DNA of 64,000 nucleotides from Chiloscyllium plagiosum. Lineage: Eukaryota. The notes beneath the pieces were generated by a model, which was not told where the DNA came from, searched no databases, and saw only the letters and a list, made by a program, of their open reading frames with translations. The stretch is from NCBI RefSeq assembly GCF_004010195.1, contig NC_057714.1, positions 61,981,914 through 62,045,913 on the forward strand. The letters are read 5' to 3'. The translations under genes were made by a program, and so were the position numbers. Shown piece by piece: positions 37,445 to 52,160 of this stretch (its first letter is position 1; every line of letters begins with the position of its first letter).

Positions 37445-38038
37445 AACATGATTTTGATGGACTGGGGTGGACAAAGTTTAAAAATCACAGGTTATAGTTC
37501 AACAGGTTTATTTGGAAGCACTAGCTTTCAAAGTGCTGTTCCATCATCGGTGGTTGTGAAACAGGACCAAAGACACAGAATTTATAGCAAAAGATTACAG
37601 TCTCATGCAGCTGAAATGATATATTGAACACATCTAATAGATTGTTAAGTCTTTCATCTTTTAGAGTGGGTTTGCTGGGTTTGTTTCATTAATATGTAAA
37701 TCCTAGAGCTTCTTTTAAGTCACATTCTCAAGATAACTTAAGGTTTAAAGAATTTGTATTTGCAGAATTATATTTGCAGTTACATTCTATTTTGCTCAAA
37801 GAATGCAGAACCTGCAGGTAGTTAGTGCAGGCAGTGAATCCATGTAATATTTGTAAATTCCACTTTGGAAATAGAACAATCTGACTCAAGATTGGGATAC
37901 AGACAGACTCGAACCTCACACCTTTTAGGCATTGTCTGAGCTGCGACATCACTTTTTGTTATAAAACCTTGAGAATGTGACGTAAAAGAAGTTCTGGGAT
38001 TTACATCAACCTATCACCTGATGCTGTGTGATTTTTAA
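37445..38038. mobile_element. Longer Penelope-like pLTR fragment
   Basis: Same head as the 26426 family (GGACTGGGGTGGACAAAG...GGAAGCACTAGCTTTC) with internal inversion. Confidence 0.6.
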
Positions 38039-39489
38039 CGATTGTGAAGTTGATTATCTGAATAGTAACGATGAGTGTAATAATTTTGCACTGAGAGATA
38101 CAAGCATGTGTAAAATGCAGGAAAAAGATCTGAATCGGATTACTCATAACAATTCTTCTCACAAAAATTACAAGGTGTAGATCATGCCAAATGCATGTAC
38201 GAGAATCAGTTTTCTTCCCTCCTCCTTCACTGAGGAGTTGGCATTTCCCAGGCACAAAGCAGAGGAAAAGGGATGGAGAACAAATGAGTCAAATCACTGT
38301 CCCACCATTTTGCCCCTGGAATTCCTGGGGCTTTCCCATGATAAGCAACTGGGGCCTGCACCTGCAGTCGATACAGGACCATACATCGGCATTTTAATTT
38401 TAACAGATGCTGCCTGACCTGCGGAGTGTTTCCAGCATTTTCTGTTTTTGTTTCAGAAAGTCGAATTTATTCTGTTTACTCAGATGTGAAAGTTGTTCTG
38501 TTTTAGTTAGTTTAAAGGTTCAGAGTTGGAGTTCATGTTTCAGTCTCTGGGTAGGAATAAAATGACACAACTTTTTCCAACTGTAATGTATTAACCACAC
38601 ACTATTAACATTTTAATAACCATTTAGGGAGTAACAGGTTCTTTATTGCAGGAAATAAGAGAGGAGGTTATTTTGAAATGATTTAAACATCATGAAGATT
38701 GCAGCTGTGTTTTTCCACATTACCTCTGGGCTTTTTCACAGCCCCCGCGTTGTAAGTTTTGAACAGATTATTTACACAGACGTTCAGATACATTGCTCAC
38801 CATAGTTCACATCCATACTCTGGTATCTCAGTCTTCTCTCAAATGTTTTCAGAGTTGCACTCTTAAAACCATTGTACTTATTGGACAAAAGAAATCATGG
38901 TTACATCATACAAGATGAACAATCAAGATCTCTGTTCAACATTTTATTGTTTATTTATTATCAATGTTATTAACTGTCTCTTGCTATCTTCCAATGGGAT
39001 TCAGTTTCAATAAACTCCTCCCATTTTAATTCAGAATCTTCATAAAATTGTTTTGGTTCTGGGAGACCTCAATTATACTTTAATTGCTGTTCTGAAGGCA
39101 ATTGTCTTTTTGGAACGAAACCAGAAAGTGCTGGAGCGACTCAGCAGGCCTGACAGCATCTGTAGAGAAAATCACAGAGTTGACATTGTTTTTTGTCTCT
39201 ACAGGTGCAGCTGACATATTGTGTTTCTTCAGTGCTTTGTTTTTATTTCAGATTTCCAGAATCCATGGGTTTTTTTTTTGTTTTATTTCAGTCTTTTATT
39301 TTTGGAAATGGGTCAGAGCAACATTCATTTTCAATATGCTGAGAGTTAGGTGATACAAGTGTTAAAGAAGAACATAAGGGTGGAAGAAACAAAGGCCTAT
39401 TGAACCCGCTGTTCCCTTCAACAAAATGATGGTCGATCTTTTATTTTAGCTTACTGCACTTTCTCATAAGCTTTTGTATACTTAGTGGC

Positions 39490-40390
39490 TAACAAGCTGT
39501 CAGGAAAAGACAGGATAGACAAAGATAAACCATTTCCACTGATTGGAGATTCTAGATCCATAGTGGGGCATGGTTTGTGATTTAGGCCCAAGCCATTCAG
39601 GAGAGTTCTGAGGAAGTATTTCTACACAGAAAAGATGATAGAGGTCTGGAACTCTCTTCAAAAAAGGCAGTGAATGCAAGGTCAGTTGTTTATTTTAAAT
39701 ATGAGATAGATAATTTTTTGCCAAGCAAAGGTATCAAGGTATATGGGCCAAAAGCTGTTGTATGGAGTTAGGCCACAGAACAGCCATGATCTCAGTGCAG
39801 CAGGTTAGAAGGGCTGAATGGCCTACTCCTGTTCCTAATCCATCCATCTCTGTGATGAATGTAATCAACAATCGCAGCTCTCTGTCACAGAGATTTAACC
39901 TTGCCTTGGTCCTAAATGGCCATCCCCTTACCCTGAGATTGCGTCCTGGTTCTAGTTTCCAAGTGAAAGGAAGAGCACAGCCGGTCAGGCAGCATCCGAG
40001 GACCAGGAGAGTTGACATTCCCGATGAAGAGCTCATGCTCAAAACATTGACTCTCCTGCTCCTCAGATGCTGCCTGATTTGCCGTACTTTTCCAGCACTA
40101 CACTTTTCGACTTTGATCTCCAGCGTCTGCAGTCATCACTTTCTCCAAGTGAAGGAAAACATGTTCTTGTCACCAAAACTGTCAAACCTTCCAGAATAAT
40201 ATGTTTCAATGATGTCATCCTTCAATCTTCCTAACCAGAAGGAATATATGCCCAGTCTATTCAATCTCTCCTCATAGGGCAATCCCCTCATCACAGACAA
40301 CAGTCTCGTAAACCTTCATTCCACTCCATTTAAGATAGTTATATAGTTCCTAAGGAGTCCAAAATTATACTTTATGTGAGGTCTCACCAT
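39490..40390. mobile_element. Two CR1 3' fragments (+ then -) with a nested Penelope-derived palindrome at 39968-40143
   Basis: CR1 3' UTR motifs; nested insert flanked by TCCAAGTGAA (39958-39967, 40144-40153). Confidence 0.65.
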
Positions 40391-42119
40391 GGAACAGAGA
40401 AAGTTACAGCAGAAAATAATGACGCAGTTTACTGCAAGGACGTTGTGATATTAGTTCCTTAGCTTTACAGTCCTATCCTAACATAAAATCAATTAATTAA
40501 TCCTTATAAACAGATCAAATAACTTTTGAGTTCTTTAGTCAGCCGGTGTGGAAACTTCATTGTTTTTCTACTGTCATATCACAAAGGTCAGTAATTGACT
40601 GATTTGCCCTGAAGACCAAACAGACCTCTCGTTCCATGGTTCCATGAGACTTGACACAGTTGCCAAAAGGAAAGTTAATAATTATCAGAATTTGGCTTCA
40701 GTTTCATTTAGGTAAACTAGTGTGGAATGTTTGCTGTTATGCGTTGCTATGCCAACACCATGATTAAGGACAGTTGAAGGCAATAGTTAGTATTTATTTC
40801 AACAATTTTCAGACCTGAAAACTATACTATTGGATTATGTAATGAAGATGCTCAACTTTCTTCTGGATGCTAATGATTTAATTGATTGCATTTCTGGAAT
40901 AATTGTCCTTGAATTATGGATACCTTTTCCATAAAATGCTGAGCAACTCAGCCTTATAAACAGATACATGGCCTTCAGACCCATTATATAAAATATTGAA
41001 AAGAAAGGGATAATTTTGACCAATGTTCCTGAACGCATTTTGGTGAATTAAGGATGTGAGTTAATTCATAGTCAAATATTCAACTAGTCAAACAGATGCG
41101 ACATTGTTCAAATATCCAGGGGCAGGCATCTTGTCAGCCATTGGGAATGTGTGTTCACCTGGTCCACTAGGAAGGAGGTCCTGTACCAGGAAGATGCAGA
41201 TGTTAGTCATAACTTGTTGTGAGAACCTAAACTATTAGTGTTCACATACCGAGAGAATTAATCGTCAGCCTGCAGAAGCTGTGTTGAGTTTCTTGTCACC
41301 TCCTGACTGTGTGTAACTTTTCATTCCTTCCTCTGTGGTGATGGAGCATGCTCCTGAAGAAGAAACAGCTGGAGGTGGTGCTGCTGGTGTTGTTGGTGTC
41401 TGTAATGAGCATGTTATCTGATTTTGTTTAACAAAAACATGTTAAGAGGACAGCACTGCTTTAAACATCTGTATATTGGAAATTAAAGTTAAAAGAAGCT
41501 TCTTCAGCACCTAATGTCTGTTACAATGGAATATTTCTGAGCTGAATGAGCCGTGTTTCAGTCTCGAGTTACAAAAGGGAGATTTTAAGACTATACCTTA
41601 CTTTGGGGAAAACAATGAGTCTTTCTAAGGTGTAAAGCAGTACTTCTGGCTGAATAGATATCAAAGTGCCATTCAAATTGACAACCACAGTATTTGAAAA
41701 GATGGTTCCCTTAGGTGAAAGATAATACAAGAGTCTAGCTCCACAGTCAGAAAGGTTATGAAACAGTCCAGAACAGACACTTTTACTATTTGATTCTCCA
41801 TAAAATTGACTCTTCAGCCAACTTAGGATTCAAATAACAAGAAGCAGCCTCTGCAGACAAGAATCTTAGAGAAAGAGGAGTTTTGACCAAGTTGTGGGCA
41901 AAGGGAAAAGGTTTAGAGAAAACCAATACTCTGCTGTCTGGGGAAAGCAGGCATAAAGCCTGAAACCATGGAACTACTGAAGAATAAGGAGCTTTCTCCC
42001 CCTCCCAAAATCTGCTATTCTGAGGACCATTCTGAGGACAACAAGCAAAATGACCAAGGAGGTGTTAGAGACTAACACTAGTAAGGCTAAGAAGAACAGG
42101 TTACTGAACATGGCAGGAG

Positions 42120-44615
42120 TGGCAGTCTGTAGTGTATTTGTTTTAATATGAGGATATGATATGTAAGGCAGAAAATCTTGGAGCCTGGACTAGTACATAT
42201 AACAATGATGTTGCAGCTATTAGAGAGACCTGGTTGAGAGAGGGACAAAACTGGCAGCTTAATGTTCCAGGATTTAGATGTTTCAGGTGAGATAGAGGGG
42301 GTGTAAAAGCTGGGGGAGTTGTGTTACTGATAAGGGAGAATATTACAGCTGTACTGAGGGAAGACACTTTGGAGGGCTCATCTAGTGAGGTCATATGGAT
42401 AGAGGTCACGAATTGGAAGGGTGCAGTCATTTTGATGGGATTGAACTAAAGGCCTCCCAATAGGAATGGGTGATGAAGAAACAGGTATGTGGACAGATAA
42501 TAGGTTGTTGTGGTGAGTGATTCTAACTTCCCTAAATTGACTGGGACTCCCCTAGTGCCAGGAGCTTGGATGGGGATACAGTTTCTGAGATGGGTCCAGG
42601 ACATTTTTTGAAACAAATGTAAATAGTCCAACTACAGAAGGGACCATACAAGACCAGGTACTGGGGAATGAGCCAGGCCAGGTGATCAAAGTTTTAGTGC
42701 AGGAGCATTTTGGAACAGTGACTATGATTCCGTAAGCTTTAAGTTACTTATGAATAAGAGTATTCATAGAGTCATAGAGATGTACAACATGGAAACAGAC
42801 CCTTTGGTCCAACTTGTCCATGCTGACCAGATATCCTAAATTAATCTAGTTCCATTTTCCAGCACTTGGCCCATATTTCTCCAAATGCTTCCTATTCTCA
42901 TACCCATCCAGATACTTTTAAATGTTGTAATTGTACCAGCCTCCACCACTTTCCTCTGGCAGCTCATTCCATACACGCATCACCCTTGTGAAAAAGTTGC
43001 CCCTTAGGTCCCTTTTAAATCTTTTCCCTCTCACCTTAAACCTATGCCGTCTAGTTCTGGACTTCCCTACCCCTTGGGTAAAAGTACTAAATTGGAGGAA
43101 GGCTAATTACCACAATATTAGGCAGGAAATGGGAAATGTAGATTGTGGGGGCAGGGGCGCGGCTGTTTGAGGCTACATCCACATCTCTCATGTGTGAATC
43201 TTTTAAAGACCAGTTGATTAGCATTCAGGACCAGTATGTTTCTGTGGAAATAAAGGATAAGGATGGATAGATATGGGAATGTTTGATGACAAGAGAAACT
43301 GTGAGCTGAGTTAAAAGAAAACGGGGGCATCCATAAAGTTTAGGAAACTGTGACAGACAATGCGCTCAAAGAATATACAGGTCATTCCACTATAATGCAT
43401 GTTTCGTTAATGCGAATTCGCTATGACATGATTGACAAAATAGGGACACTGTTTCTAAAGTGCAAAGTTTAAACCGTACATTGCTTATAATGCAATTCTG
43501 GCCCCATTAGTTTAAATGGTGCTCCTATTACGTGATTTTCTTATAACATGGGCTTGTATGAGAACGGATCTACCATGTTATAGCAGAACAGACTGTCAAC
43601 AAAGCAGAAAAGAACTCAAACAAGGAATTAATAGAGCTAAATGGGGCTATGAAATGTCCTTAGTAAACAGAATTAATGAAGATTTCAAGGTGTTTTATAA
43701 GTATCCAAGGAGCAAGAGGGTAGCTAGGGATAGGATGGGTCCACTTAATGACAAAGGATTGAATTTATGCATGGACCCAGAGAAATGGGTGAGGCCCTTA
43801 ATGAATATTTTGCATTGGTATTCACAAAGGAGAAGGACATGGTGGATGGTGAGTCTCAAGAGGGGTACATTGATATTTTAGGGCATGTGGATATTACAAA
43901 GGAGGAGGTGTTTGGTGTTTTAAAAAGCATTAAGGCAGAGAAGTCCCCTTGATGGGATCTATTCCAGAATACTGAGGAGGGCAAGGGAAGAAATTGTTGG
44001 GGCATTGCATGAAATATTTGTATTCTCTTTTGTCACAGGTGAATAGCAGTGGAAAGGTATTTTCTGTGGGCAATGGTGTTCCACTGGAATCAGTGCAGTG
44101 ACCCCTGTTTGTTTGTGATTTGGAGGAGAATTTAGATGGTCTGACTAGTAAGTTTGTGGATGACACAAGGTTTGGAGAAGCCAGAGATAGTGAGGAGGAT
44201 TGCCGGAGGATACAGCAGGATACAGATCGGCTGGAGACTTGGATGGAAAAATAGCAGATGGAGTTTAATCTGGACAAATACAAGGTGATGCATTTTTGGA
44301 AAAGGTAATGTAAGAGGGAAATATACAGTAAATGGTAGAGCTCTCACTAGTATCCACATGTAGCGGGTTCTATGCAGGTCCACAGTTCCCTGAAAGTGGC
44401 AACACAAGTAGCTAAGATGGTTAAGAAGGCATATGGCATACTTGCCTCCATGGCATAGAGTATAAAAACTGGTAAGTCATGTTGCAGCTGTATAAAGTTC
44501 TAGTTAGGTCGTATTTGGAATATCATATACTGTTCTGGTCACCACACTACCAGTAAGATGTGAAGGCTTTCGAGACGGTACAGAAAAGTTTTACCAGGAT
44601 GTTGCCTGATTTGGA
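42120..44615 (+). mobile_element. Degenerate long CR1 LINE (endonuclease to RT) with nested insertions
   Basis: Endonuclease-like pieces, LNEYFALVFTKE, KSP, and RT C-terminal pieces; nested CR1 (-) at about 42764-43075 and MITE at 43378. Confidence 0.8.
43378..43595. mobile_element. Tc1/mariner (Tigger-like) MITE
   Basis: TA|CAG...CTG termini with imperfect TIRs (CATTCCACTATAATGC / GTTATAGCAGAAC), inserted in a CR1. Confidence 0.55.
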
Positions 44616-45339
44616 GGGAAGACAGACATTTTTGTAGCCATAGACAGGACTCCAGGATGGTAAATTGCTCTGTTTATGCTGGGGTGAAGGATGTCACAGA
44701 GCAACTGCAGGACATTCTTCTGGGGGAGGCTGATAACCAGAAGATGTAGTCCACATTGCATGGCAATATAGCTGGGAGGTGAGGGGGTGGGTTGTATTCC
44801 TGCAGTCAGAATTTCGGGAGCTAGGTAGATAATTAGTAATCAGGACCTCAAAATTCGCAATCTCCAGGTACTCCCCATACCATATCAAAGTGAGAAATAG
44901 AAGGATAAGACAGATGAAAGCATGGCTGGAAAGATGGTACAGAAGGAAGGGCTTTAATTTGTTGGGACTGGGTTCTAAGGCAGATGGCACTTGTACAAGC
45001 AGGGCAGGTTGTACGGCCCAAAGTTGCGTCTGAGTTCCTTGTGAGGTGTTTGCTCGTGCTCTATAGGATGCTTTAAACAAATACTGTCGCAGTGCTGAAA
45101 ACTGGAAAGAATATTAGAGAATCACATCAGGGTGCACAAAATCCTGGGAAAGACATATCAGTAAGATAGAGACTTTTGTTTTAATTCACTTGTGAGATTT
45201 TTAATTCACTCGTCATTGGCTGGATCAGCATTTGCTTTCCATCCTTAGTTGCCCTTGAGAAAATGGTGGTGAGTTGTTGGTGGTGAGCTCCTTATAGTAA
45301 CTTAACAGCTGGAGTCAGAGTGAAGGAGAAATTCAAACT

Positions 45340-48300
45340 TTCAAAGTCTGGGTTACACTGCATGTGTGTAAATGAATGAACTATAGCAAAGAAGAACAGA
45401 GAGTTACAGGCATAGATTGCTATGTGGAATATGATGTTGTGGCAATAACAGAGATCTAGCTAAACAAAGGGCAGCTCTGGGCTTTAAATATTCATGGTTA
45501 CAAAGTGTTCAGGAAAGATAAGAAGGAATCAAATGAGGAGGGGTGACAGTACTGATTAAGGAGAGCATTGCAGTGCTGGAGAAGGAGGATGTCTGAGAGT
45601 GTACAGGGTCAGAATCAAATTGGATGGAGCATAGGAACAAGAAGAACGGGATTGCATTGTTGCAGTCTACAGGCTGGGAAGGATGTAGAGGGACAAATCT
45701 GCGGGGAAATTACAGGGAGGTGTAAAATGATGGAATTGTTATAATGGGGTGCTTCAGTTACCTCAATAGTGGTAATATAAAAGGTAGGGAGAGGCAACCA
45801 TTCTTAAATTGTGTTCAGTAGAATTACTTACAGCAGTACTTGTCCAGTCAAACAAGAAAAGAGACACTACTAAACTTGGTTCTTAGGAATGAGGTGATTA
45901 AGTCAATCAAGTATCAGTAAGGAAACATTTTACAGTAAGAAATCATTGATCATTATATCATAATATTTAGAATGATGGCAGAAAATGACACTGGTCAATC
46001 CAGACTAAGAACAATTTACAGAGAGGCCAAACCTAATGGTGCAAGAACAGTACTGATCCTGATAGACTTAAAAGGTGGGAAAAATTGCACTCAACAATAG
46101 GTTATCTTCAAAAAGCAAATGGTAATGGATACAGTCAAGGTATGTTTTTTTCAAAAGTAAATGTAAAATAGGGCTGAGTCAGCATGGCTTCTTCAAAGGG
46201 TGGCAATGCTCAACAAATGTGATCGAATTTTTTGAAAAGGCAACAAGCAATTAGACAAAAGAGAGCCAGTGGAAATGATCTATTTGTATTTACAGGAGGT
46301 CTTTGACAAGGAGCCGCACAGGAGGCTGTTAAATAAGACAAGAGGCCATGATGTTAGGAGCAAGGTACTGGCATAGAAAGAGGGATAGGCAGACCGGTAG
46401 AAGGCAGAGAATGGGGATAAAGGGGTCTTGTTCAGGATGGCAGCCAATGATTAGTAGAGTTCCAAGGGGTCTGTTTTTGGACCACAACTGTTCACAATAT
46501 ATGAAGGAATTAAGGGCCTTGTTGTTAAGTTTGCGGATAACACAAAGGTAGATGGAGGGACAGATAGCATTGAGGAAGAGTGGAGCCTGCAGAAGGGCTT
46601 GGATAGACTAGGAGAGTGGGCAAAGAAGTGGCAGATGGAATACAATGTGTGGAAGTGTGAGGCCGTGCTCTTTGGTCGGAAGAATAGAGGGGGAGACTAT
46701 TTTCTGAATGGGGAAAATTTCAGAGGCACAAAGGGACTTAGCAGTCTTGGTTCAGGACTCTCTTAAAGTTAACATGTAGGTTCAGTTAGCAGTTGGAAAG
46801 AAAAATGCAATGTTCACATTCATTTCAAGAAGGCGAGGATACAAGAGCAGAAATGTACTCCTGAGGGTGTATAAGGCTCTGTCCTGATCACTTTTGGAAT
46901 ATTGTGAGCAGTTTTGGAACATATATCTAAAGAATGCCTTGCAGGGGGTCTACAGGATGTTTACAAACATAATCCTGGGGAGAAGGGCTTGTCATATGAG
47001 GAGCAGTTGAAGACTATGGGTCTGTTCTCAGTGGAGTTTAGAAGGGTAAGGAGATATCTGATTGAAACTTACAGAATACGGAGAGGCCTGGATAGACTGG
47101 ATGTGGAGAAGATGTATCCACTAGTAGGAGAGACTAGGAGCTGAGAGATCAGCTTCAGAATAAAGAGGTGACCCTTTAGAACTGAGATAAGGATGAATTT
47201 CTTTAGTCAGAAGGTGGTGAATCTGTTGAGCTCATTCTTGCAGGAGGCCAAGTCATTGAGTGTATTTAAGATCAAAATAGATAGATCCTTGGTTAGTAAA
47301 GGCATTAAGGGTTACAAGGAGAAGGCAGAGGAATGTGGTTGAGAAACATATCAGCCATGATCAAATCACAGAATAGCCTCGATGGGCCGAATGGTGAAAT
47401 TCTGCTCATATGCTGTACGTTCTTATGGAGGGAAAACAAATCCAGAGCTTCATGGATGAAAAATAAGATAGGAATTAAGATAAATATGAAAAAGAATAAT
47501 AAAGACAGGTGTCAAAATGAAAAATAAAATTGAGAACCAAACCAAATGCAAAATGGTTAGAAGAGAAGTAAAAAATCAAATATGTGAGGCAAAGAGGGAT
47601 AATGAAACTGATAACTGACATATTAGGAAATTTTAAAGTCTTCTTTAGGCACATAACCAGTAAAAGTGTTGTTAAAGGAGGAATTGGACTACTTATTATC
47701 CGAAAAGAAAATGTTCACATAATGGTGAGAGACATGGTTGAAAATTAAATGAATATTTTGCTTCTGTCTTTATCAAGGAAGCAGATGTTACCCCGGCCAT
47801 AGTGACACAGAGGAAACTAAGTCACTAAAGAAATTCAAACTTGAATAAGTGGAAGGCACTGAATAAGTTGTTGGGTTTTGGAACTGACAAGTCCCCAGGA
47901 CCAGATGAGATACATCGAAGAATTAAGAAGAACGTGAGCGTGAACATTATCAGAGGCACTGTCCATGATTTTTCAGTCTTCCCCGGACATGGGAGATATT
48001 TCCAGAAGAATGTAGAATTGCAAAGCTAATGTTTTTGTCAAAGAAAGGTTGTAAGAATTACAACAGCAATTACGTGAGTCAGATAGATTTCAGTAGTGTG
48101 GAAATTTCCAGAAACCATAATTCAGGATAAAATTAATAATCATATGGACAAATAAAAATAGAGAGCAACGGCATAGATTTTTAAAGAGAAAATTATGTTT
48201 AATTAAACTTGAAGTTTTTTGAGGAATTGACAGAGATGTTTAATGATGGCAATGCCTTTGGCATGGCATACATGTACTTCCAATACAGTGTCACACACCA

Positions 48301-49540
48301 GCCTTTTGATCCATGTTATAGCTCATGGAATAAAAGGAGCAGTACAAATATGAATGCAAAGTTGGCTGAGTGTTGGGAAGCATAGAGTACTGGTTAATGG
48401 ATACTTTTCAGGCTAGAGAAAGGATTGTAGTGGGGTCAGAGGACAGTATTGAGACCCTTGCTTTTCCTGATTTATATTAATCATCCAAATCGTGCAGAGA
48501 AGAATTTTAAAGTTTGCCAATGGAACAAAACTTGGGAGCATTACAAAATGTGAATAGGTCAGGGTCAAACTTCAACATAATATTGGCAAGTTAGTGGAGT
48601 GGGCAAATGGGTGGCAGATGATGTTCAAGGTGAAAAGATGTGTGTGAAGAACGTAGAGAGCCTGTGTAAAATAAAAGGGTACTATTTTAAAAGCTGTGTA
48701 GGAGCAGAGAGAGCTGAAACAGCACAGCAGGTCAGGCAGCATCCAGGGAACAGGAGATTCGATGCTGCCTGACCTGCTGTGCTGTTCCAGCAATAAAGTT
48801 TCAGCTTTGATCTCCAGCGTCTGCAGACCTCACTTTCTCCTCGAGGAGCAGAGAGAGACCTAGGTGGCTATGTACTCAGTCCTTAAAGATGGCAAAATGG
48901 CTGGAGAAAGAAGTTGATAAAGCGTTCAGTATCCTGGTATTGATTAATAGTGGCATACAGTGTAAGAGCAAGGAGGTTATGCTGAACCTGTCTTATCCAA
49001 AAATTTGACCTCAGCTGAGGTATTGTGTACCATTCTAGATGCCACACTTTTGGAAGGATGTAAACACATGGAAGAGAGTGTAGAAAAGTTTTAACAGAAT
49101 GATTCCAGGGAGGAGAAACTTTAGTTCCAAAGATAGATTGCAGAAGTTGGGACTGCTAAGAGAAAATTTGATTGAAGTTTTTAAAATCATGAGAGGTCTG
49201 GGAGAAACTGTTTCACTCATAAAAGGATTGGTACAGGATGGTACAGATTTAAAATAGTTTGGAAAGGAAGTAAAAATGATGTGAGAAAAGAAAAAAATGT
49301 CGAACAGCAAGTAGAAAATAAATCACACAGCAAGTAGTTAGGGTCTGAACGCACTACTTAGAACTGTGATAGAGACAGGTTCAATCAAGACATTCAAGAG
49401 GGTATGAGATGATTGCTTCAAAGAAATACTGTGCAAGGTTACAGGGAAAGGGTGAAAGGATGGCAGTAAGTCATCATACTCATTTGAAAAGTGGTGGATA
49501 GGCCAAATAGCTTCCTACAGCACTGTAACGAGTCTGTGAA
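45340..49540 (+). mobile_element. Nested degenerate CR1 LINEs
   Basis: Endonuclease region (45340-46150), RT and 3' UTR (46170-47420), second RT (DKSPGPDEIH, 47430-49540); Penelope palindrome at 48714-48843 flanked by AGGAGCAGAGAGAG. Confidence 0.75.
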
Positions 49541-51739
49541 CCTTACTCACTGAGCAGTTGCTGTTAGAGTCTTTAGCCTTCCCTATCTTAACCTGTTCAT
49601 TTTTATCCACATCTCTACAATGTTCTGTTGTATTTTCCTTCCTCCTTGGATTTCTAACTCTCTCTTCACCTGAAAAACACCTTCAACCTCCTCCCCTCTA
49701 CCCACTGTTTGTTTAAAGTTTAAAGTGCCATCCACAGCCCTGTCTATCTCAAGCACCAGGACACTGGTCCCAGTTTAAATAAGGTGGAAGCCATCCCAAT
49801 GGAAAATTGTCTCTTTTCTAAGTAGACACATCAGTGTTCCAATAATCAAAACCCTTCATCCCATGTCACTCTGAGACATCCATTTAATTTTCTAATCTGC
49901 TTGAGCCTCATACAAAAAGGCATATGGCTCAGTTAACAATTCAAAATAATTATCTTTCATGTTTTGTATTCTAAATTGGTTCCAAAACCTTCAAACTCAC
50001 TCAACAAATCAGCATTCCTACTTTACCTACACCTTTGGTTCCCACAGAGATCATCAGTTTCGTTGATCAAAACTTTCCCAATTTTTCAGTTTCACAGAAC
50101 CTCACTTTCACAGAAACCCGAGCACTCACCTCTGTAATCCTGGGCAGGTTGAGAAGCAGATGCCTTCACTTGTTTTCATCTAGAACTGAAAGTTAAAGAC
50201 AGCACTCAATTACCTTTTATAATGCATAAATGCCTTACCCAGTAGAGATTCCCTACTCATTTTCAACTCAGCCCAGGCAAAATCTGGAAGAGAGTGGCAT
50301 GGTATTGGGATCCTGACTCAACAATTGCTGAAGGATTTAAATCACCCATGTATCTATGCGCATCTCCCCTTGTCTGAGAAAACTGCATCCTAGTGCACTT
50401 ACATTGTAACTGTGAAGTTAAACTACTTTACATTGACACTGCAGTTGCAATATAAACGCAGGTTGAATTTAGTCAGAGTCCAAACTAACCCCAGAGAGGT
50501 GGGAGAATCCCTGGAGGGGATACTTTCACTCCAATTCATTCGAGTCAAAGCTAATATCGTAAAGCTATAATAGACCACAATTACCATTTGCCTTCTTATA
50601 TCGGTTAACTTTATGAAAACAATAGCAAAAATCTAAAGCTTCTGGTGGTACATTAACTGATTCTTTAGAATTGAATCAAATTCATCCAAAAGAAACCCGT
50701 AAGAGAAAAAGATGTTAGAACTAAAAAGACACAACTAGACACAAACACAAAAATGATGCTATTCTTTCAAAGGATGGCCAGACATTCTCTAAACAGAAGA
50801 AAAGCAAGAAAGTGGCCAATTAAAATAAAGTTGCCTCAAAGAAACAAATAATATTGGACTCAAGTCAGGACCACTCAATGAGAGGAGAGATCCTCTGCCA
50901 AATCATTGTCAGCACCTCATTTGTCACCACAGGATAAAAATATTCAAACCAGTGATCAGAAGCAAAAGAATAATTGCATCAAATGTTGGATCAATAATAC
51001 AGACTGCATCCATAATAGTATTATTTATGCAGAATATTCAACCAAAACTAATATTAAAAAGATAACTCAAGTAAGCTGCAGTTTTGATATATATTGAAAA
51101 GCTGAGAGGTTAGTCATAATTTCCGGAAAGATTTGCATAGATCACTGCAGAAAGGCATACATAGATTTCACTTTATAGACAAGGTAGGGAGGTGGGATAA
51201 TTTCCCCCTTTACCCACCTCTTAATAGAGTTCACATTTTGTATTTTAAAGGACTGTCTTAACCCCTTGAATGCTGTGACTCTTAAGAACAAGCATAAAAC
51301 ATTCTTTCCTGTAAATTTAAATCAAAAGAAAGAATTAGAAACTATTTTCACAATGCCCAAAATGTAATTGTAATATGCATGTGTGCCTGCACACGCGTGT
51401 GTAGAACATGCAGCAAGATTATTTACAGGATCAAAGACAAGGGTACAATCTTACAAGTGTTTGGCTAATTGTCACTGTCACAGAGTTTCTTGGAGGGTTC
51501 TGTCTGCAAGGCCCAATGAAATCACTCACTTCAGATAGAAACATAGAAACATAGGAGCAGAAGCTGTGATGTTGATGCACAGCAAGATGTACGCTGCCTT
51601 GGCCAAGGATTGCTGAACAGCAAGGCCTGCTGCCTGGTTGAGTGACTGTGTGAATTGACACAGCAGAAAAGGCAAAGGTGAGCATGGGAGTAGGTGCTAA
51701 GTGAGCATGCACTAAGAGAACAAACAAACAGCCCTGAGA

Positions 51740-52160
51740 TACAGTCTCGTTCAGTCCCTTTCAAGCCTCCTCATTAATGATCATGGTTGATCATCCAACT
51801 CAGTACTCTGCCCTGCTTTCTTCCCATATCTTTTGATCCTAACTGCCAAGTGCAATATCCAATTTCTTCCAGAAACCATACAAAGGCTTCGACTGCTTTC
51901 TGTAGCAGAGATTTCCATCGGCTCACAAACAACTTCCTGGGTGAAGAAATTTCTTCTCACCTCAATCCTCAATGGTTTATCCTGTATCCTTTATCCTGTG
52001 ACCACAGGTTCAGGACTCTGTCATTGGGAGAATCCTTCTTATATCTACCCTGCCTGATCCTGTTAGAATTTTATAGATTTCTATGATAGCCCTACCTCGT
52101 TCTTCTGAACTCTAGCAAATATAAATCCTAACTGAGTTACCTTCCTATGACAGAGTTCCC
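51740..52160 (-). mobile_element. CR1 3' fragment
   Basis: RIEVRRNFFTQEVV and 3' UTR. Confidence 0.7.
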
